From: a virus
Taxonomy: Duplodnaviria; Caudoviricetes
DNA length: 27,066 nucleotides
Virus record (IMG/VR): IMGVR_UViG_3300028835_000381
Location: 1-27,066 of that record
Direction: 5' to 3' (one strand)
Below the pieces are notes generated by a model, which made no database searches, was not told the origin of the DNA, and worked only from the letters and a program-made list of their open reading frames with translations. Position numbers and translations under genes: made by a program. Positions 23,927-27,066 of the stretch are shown here, one piece after another; position 1 is the stretch's first letter, and every line of letters begins with the position of its first letter.

Positions 23927-26014
23927 ATGCCTCAACACGAAGAGACACTCGAACCGACACCGTGGTATTTAGACGAGTCGATTTATGAACCCGAACCTGA
24001 GAAGGGACCGGGTACTGTCAATGACTGGATGAATCAGCCCGACGTAACGGGTAAGAGATTTCCTATCGATCCGCAAATGACTGCGGAGCAACTAGACGTG
24101 CTGCCGGAGATGACGAATACCGCAAAAATGATCGAAGGGTTTGCTGAACCGGGGGAAGGGGTGGACGGACCCATGATGGGAACGCTGAGACGTATAGGTA
24201 CTGAGTTGAAACAAGGATGGATGCAGATGTCAACGTCAGACCCCATGGAACTGGGATCGCAGCTACAGAATCGATTCCCGGATGTCGTTGAGGTACGACT
24301 TGCAATTAATCCTGAGGGAGACGGTTCTTACATTCCGGTTGCCAGAAATAAACTCACTGGTTACGAAGCTGTGATCAACAAACCGGGCATGAGTGGTCAG
24401 GATGTGTTACAGACCATCGGTCTGGTAGGTCAGTACTTGCCTGCTGCAAAAGCCACAACCGCAGTCAAAACATTAGCTCCGCGGATAGCAACAGCCGCTG
24501 GTAGTTCTTTCGCTACGGAGACTGCAATACAAGCGGGACAAGCTAATCTTGGAGGTGAGTTTGATCCTGAGGATGTTGCATTGGCGACAGCGTTCAGTGC
24601 CGTTCCGGAAATTGTAGCCAAACCTGCAGTTGGGCTGGCATTAAAAACCAAAGAACTGCTTGCTAAAAATCTTCCTGACGCAGTCCCGGCGACCATTCGT
24701 AGCGCACTGGCATTTGCTGAGAAGCAGGGATACAAAGTTACATCATCAGATGCACTGCAAGAATTTCTCACAGCTCCCCAGAGAATTTTCCTCAAAATTA
24801 CTGAGCGTATTCCGGTGTTCGGTACACAAAGAATTAAAAACAATCAGAAGGCACAACGTGCTGACGCTCTGAAGAGAATGGCAGACAAGTTTGATATTGA
24901 TATCGAAACTGATCTCGGACAGGAAATTGCTGAGAGTTTTATGGATCGGATGAAGAGCTGGCGTTTCTTTGGTAAGCACGCCGACCCAACAGATGAAATG
25001 ATAGATCGTGCTTTTCAGAAAGAGGCAGGAGAAGTTATTGACAGTACTCTCAAAAGAAAAATTAAGGGTGCGACAGTAGACAACGGGAACATCGATGACG
25101 TGTTGGTCGATACGGTTTTCAAAGGCAACAAGCCCCAGATGGTCAGGGACTTCATGAGAAAACTTACTCCTGAAGGACAGGACGCAGCACGCCGAAGATT
25201 CATACAAAAAGGTTTGGAGAACGCTGGCTATAGACCGGGACAACAGGTTGGCATCAATAATCCGGGAGCCTTTGTCAAGTATCTCGATGAGCATGACAAG
25301 ATAATAAAGGAACTCTTTCCCGATACGATTACGGACCCTAAAAAGTTTCCGGGAGGGCTCTACGGAGAACTAGGTCAGCCAGCCGGAAAGCGACCAGCCC
25401 CGGCCCTGCAAGAACAACGGGAATACCTTGAAGGGTTTAGAGAATTTCTCAGAATTACCGATGATGCAGAGAAAGCAAGCGCAGGTGCAGGCATGACTGC
25501 AGCGATGGCAGCGGGTGGAGGATTTTATCTCTTCGACATCATGGGGGGTGCGCTAGCCGGATTCGGTACTGCAATGGCAGGTCATGCAATGCAAAGTAGA
25601 TTGGCTCGCAATCTGTTCCTGCGTCTGAAACATGCCAAAGGCAATCCTGAGTTGCAGAACCAAATCATGCGTGAGTTACGCCCGTTAGTAGTAGGAACGG
25701 GTAATCTGGCACTGCAGGAAGGCGTGGACATGCCCATGCTGAACATGTCTATGAACCCTGACATGATACAGGAGGGGGCGGCAACTGGTTCGGAAGCGGC
25801 GATGCAAATGTTGAGAGCAACCATGGGGACTACCGGTGAAGCTATTGGGAGCGTCATGGGTCGTCCCCGCGGAGAAGCGGAAACATTAGAGGGGCTTTCA
25901 CCTGCTGATCCAAGGAACATAGGTCAAGGATCATGGCTGCAAGGTCCCGGCATGGAGATGTTACGACAAGCTGGAGAAGCTGCACAGCAACAGCAACTCC
26001 CGCCGGAGGAATGA
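23927..26014 (+). CDS. Putative DNA transfer protein, P22 gp16-like (695 aa)
   Basis: INKPGMSGQD, LGGEFDP, ALAFAEKQG....SD, ERIPVFGT...NQK..R blocks resemble gp16-type proteins of P22-like phages (from memory); late hydrophobic Gly/Ala segment. Confidence 0.6.
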   Translation: MPQHEETLEPTPWYLDESIYEPEPEKGPGTVNDWMNQPDVTGKRFPIDPQMTAEQLDVLPEMTNTAKMIEGFAEPGEGVDGPMMGTLRRIGTELKQGWMQMSTSDPMELGSQLQNRFPDVVEVRLAINPEGDGSYIPVARNKLTGYEAVINKPGMSGQDVLQTIGLVGQYLPAAKATTAVKTLAPRIATAAGSSFATETAIQAGQANLGGEFDPEDVALATAFSAVPEIVAKPAVGLALKTKELLAKNLPDAVPATIRSALAFAEKQGYKVTSSDALQEFLTAPQRIFLKITERIPVFGTQRIKNNQKAQRADALKRMADKFDIDIETDLGQEIAESFMDRMKSWRFFGKHADPTDEMIDRAFQKEAGEVIDSTLKRKIKGATVDNGNIDDVLVDTVFKGNKPQMVRDFMRKLTPEGQDAARRRFIQKGLENAGYRPGQQVGINNPGAFVKYLDEHDKIIKELFPDTITDPKKFPGGLYGELGQPAGKRPAPALQEQREYLEGFREFLRITDDAEKASAGAGMTAAMAAGGGFYLFDIMGGALAGFGTAMAGHAMQSRLARNLFLRLKHAKGNPELQNQIMRELRPLVVGTGNLALQEGVDMPMLNMSMNPDMIQEGAATGSEAAMQMLRATMGTTGEAIGSVMGRPRGEAETLEGLSPADPRNIGQGSWLQGPGMEMLRQAGEAAQQQQLPPEE

Positions 26015-26592
26015 TGCCAGCACGACGACTTACAAACGGGAAGAAGAAATTTGTACGCAACTGTGCAGGTCACCTGCTGGCTGAGCGTTCACGTCTGTTC
26101 CTCCCTGATCACCTCGACCAAGTGCGTGCGATTGCAATGCGAGGTATTAAAGAAGATCAGATGTGCGAGATCTTCGACATCGGTGCCCGACAGATGGGTC
26201 TGTGGAAGTCGCAGTACCCGTTGTTCAAAGAAGCGCTCGAAGCAGGCTACACAGATGCTGATGCTGCTGTCCTTGGTGCGCTGTACCAGAGTGCCATCGG
26301 TTACACGCACGACGAAGAGAAAATTTTTCAGTGGGACGGAGAGATCGTCCGTGCTGAGACAACCAAACATTACAAACCGGACACTGCAGCGATCAAGCTG
26401 TGGCTGACCAACCGACAGAAAGAAAACTGGAAGGATCGTCATCATACGAACGTGTCCGGCAAGGATGACAATGCACCTATCGGTATTCGTGACGAGACAA
26501 AGATGGAAGTCATGGCGAGTATTCTCTCACTGATTAAACCGAAACCAGACAACGCAGTCATTGACGGTCGGACTGGGAAGGTAGACGAATAA
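26014..26592 (+). CDS. terS: Terminase small subunit
   Basis: HTH (EDQMCEIFDI....GLWK..YP.F.EAL..G...AD..V..ALYQ.AIGY.H.E.KIF...G......TKHY.PDT.AI..WL.NRQ...WKD); GGAGG before ATG 26014 (alternative ATG 26011). Confidence 0.8.
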   Translation: MPARRLTNGKKKFVRNCAGHLLAERSRLFLPDHLDQVRAIAMRGIKEDQMCEIFDIGARQMGLWKSQYPLFKEALEAGYTDADAAVLGALYQSAIGYTHDEEKIFQWDGEIVRAETTKHYKPDTAAIKLWLTNRQKENWKDRHHTNVSGKDDNAPIGIRDETKMEVMASILSLIKPKPDNAVIDGRTGKVDE

Positions 26593-26593
26593 C

Positions 26594-27066
26594 ATGCCAT
26601 CGAAAACTCCGAAGCAGGCTAAATTCATGCGTGCTGTCGCACACGGATGGAAACCATCTCGTACCAAAGCACCTCCCGTTAGTGTGGCAAAGGAATTCGT
26701 CGAAGCAGACCAAAAATACTCCGGTGGCTTTGCAGAGAACCGGTACTGGACAGGAGGCCTTGCAGCCATGGATAACCCGAACGCTGGTTACGAAGGAAGA
26801 CTTGAATGGCGAGCAGGAGGACGTGTCATTCCATTAGGAGGTGGCATAAGAAGTGGCATGCGGCGAGCAGCTTTGTCGGCACAGGGATATGAGCATGATC
26901 CCGTCGCGAACGTGATGCGTGAGCCGGAGCCTGTTGCCCCTTACTCAGGATCACGCTGGGTAAGTTCGACGTATCAACCTCCTGCACCGACCGCAGAAAC
27001 TTATACACCTACACCTCAGTATGTAGGACCACGGCTTGCTGGACCTCGACGTGGCGGAGGTCGCCG
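26594..27066 (+). CDS. 3'-truncated ORF missed by the track; basic N-terminal module plus xxGG motifs
   Basis: ATG 1 nt after terS stop, open to window end: MPSKTPKQAKFMRAVAHGWKPSRTKAPPVSVAKEFVEADQKYSGGFAENRYWTGGLAAM...WRAGGRV... Confidence 0.8.
   Translation, partial: MPSKTPKQAKFMRAVAHGWKPSRTKAPPVSVAKEFVEADQKYSGGFAENRYWTGGLAAMDNPNAGYEGRLEWRAGGRVIPLGGGIRSGMRRAALSAQGYEHDPVANVMREPEPVAPYSGSRWVSSTYQPPAPTAETYTPTPQYVGPRLAGPRRGGGR

Larger units (their letters stand above)
1..27066 (+). mobile_element. Tailed phage (podovirus-like) structural/lysis/packaging module; phage or prophage status cannot be determined
   Basis: About 28 consecutive + strand ORFs, many coupled by TAATG/ATGA/TGATG overlaps; capsid, adaptor, fibre, nozzle, ejection, lysis and TerS-like products; no host housekeeping genes. 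Confidence 0.95.

Noticed and set aside
12365-26013. Longer upstream starts given by the track (12365, 12810, 13681, 13910, 19134, 25933)
   Set aside because: They overlap the preceding genes deeply; downstream ATGs at 12482, 12846, 13702, 13928, 19203 and 26014 have better coupling or SD context
254-27008. Numerous minus-strand and alternative-frame ORFs in the track (e.g. 1019-1726, 3859-4515, 16712-17308, 20499-21224)
   Set aside because: All lie inside well-supported + strand genes, are shadows of Gly/Ala/Thr-rich codons and show no recognisable motifs
1-27066. tRNA, rRNA, integrase/att site, anti-defence or defence genes
   Set aside because: Almost no intergenic space and no recognisable signatures in this window

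Overview
The whole window is one co-oriented (+ strand), tightly coupled virion morphogenesis operon of a tailed phage, most likely podovirus-like (nozzle, ejection proteins, no tape-measure, tube or sheath gene seen) with a probably Gram-negative host (lipoprotein in the lysis cassette). Gene order: major capsid protein (5' truncated), hairpin, two putative capsid decoration/vertex proteins, an unannotated 59-aa micro-ORF, an 886-aa fibre, a basic xxGGxV-repeat protein, a neck adaptor, a Cys/Zn protein, a 1204-aa fibre plus a 305-aa C1q-like tip ORF, two unknowns, a lysis cassette (TM protein, DUF5675-type enzyme, holin, lipoprotein, HeH-fused protein), a second adaptor, a third fibre, a nozzle, four ejection/internal proteins, terminase small subunit and a 3'-truncated GG-motif protein. 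Most interesting: (1) the 59-aa peptide has five N-terminal pentapeptide repeats and three C-terminal acidic repeats and looks like a 5-fold:3-fold adaptor for a head fibre, with a similar acidic 'plug' in front of the second fibre; (2) an xxGGxV tag shared by five different internal or basic proteins; (3) a -1 frame extension at A AAA AAA that restores gene coupling; (4) apparent absence of CCWGG and several 6-bp palindromes. All family calls are from motif recognition by eye, not database searches.
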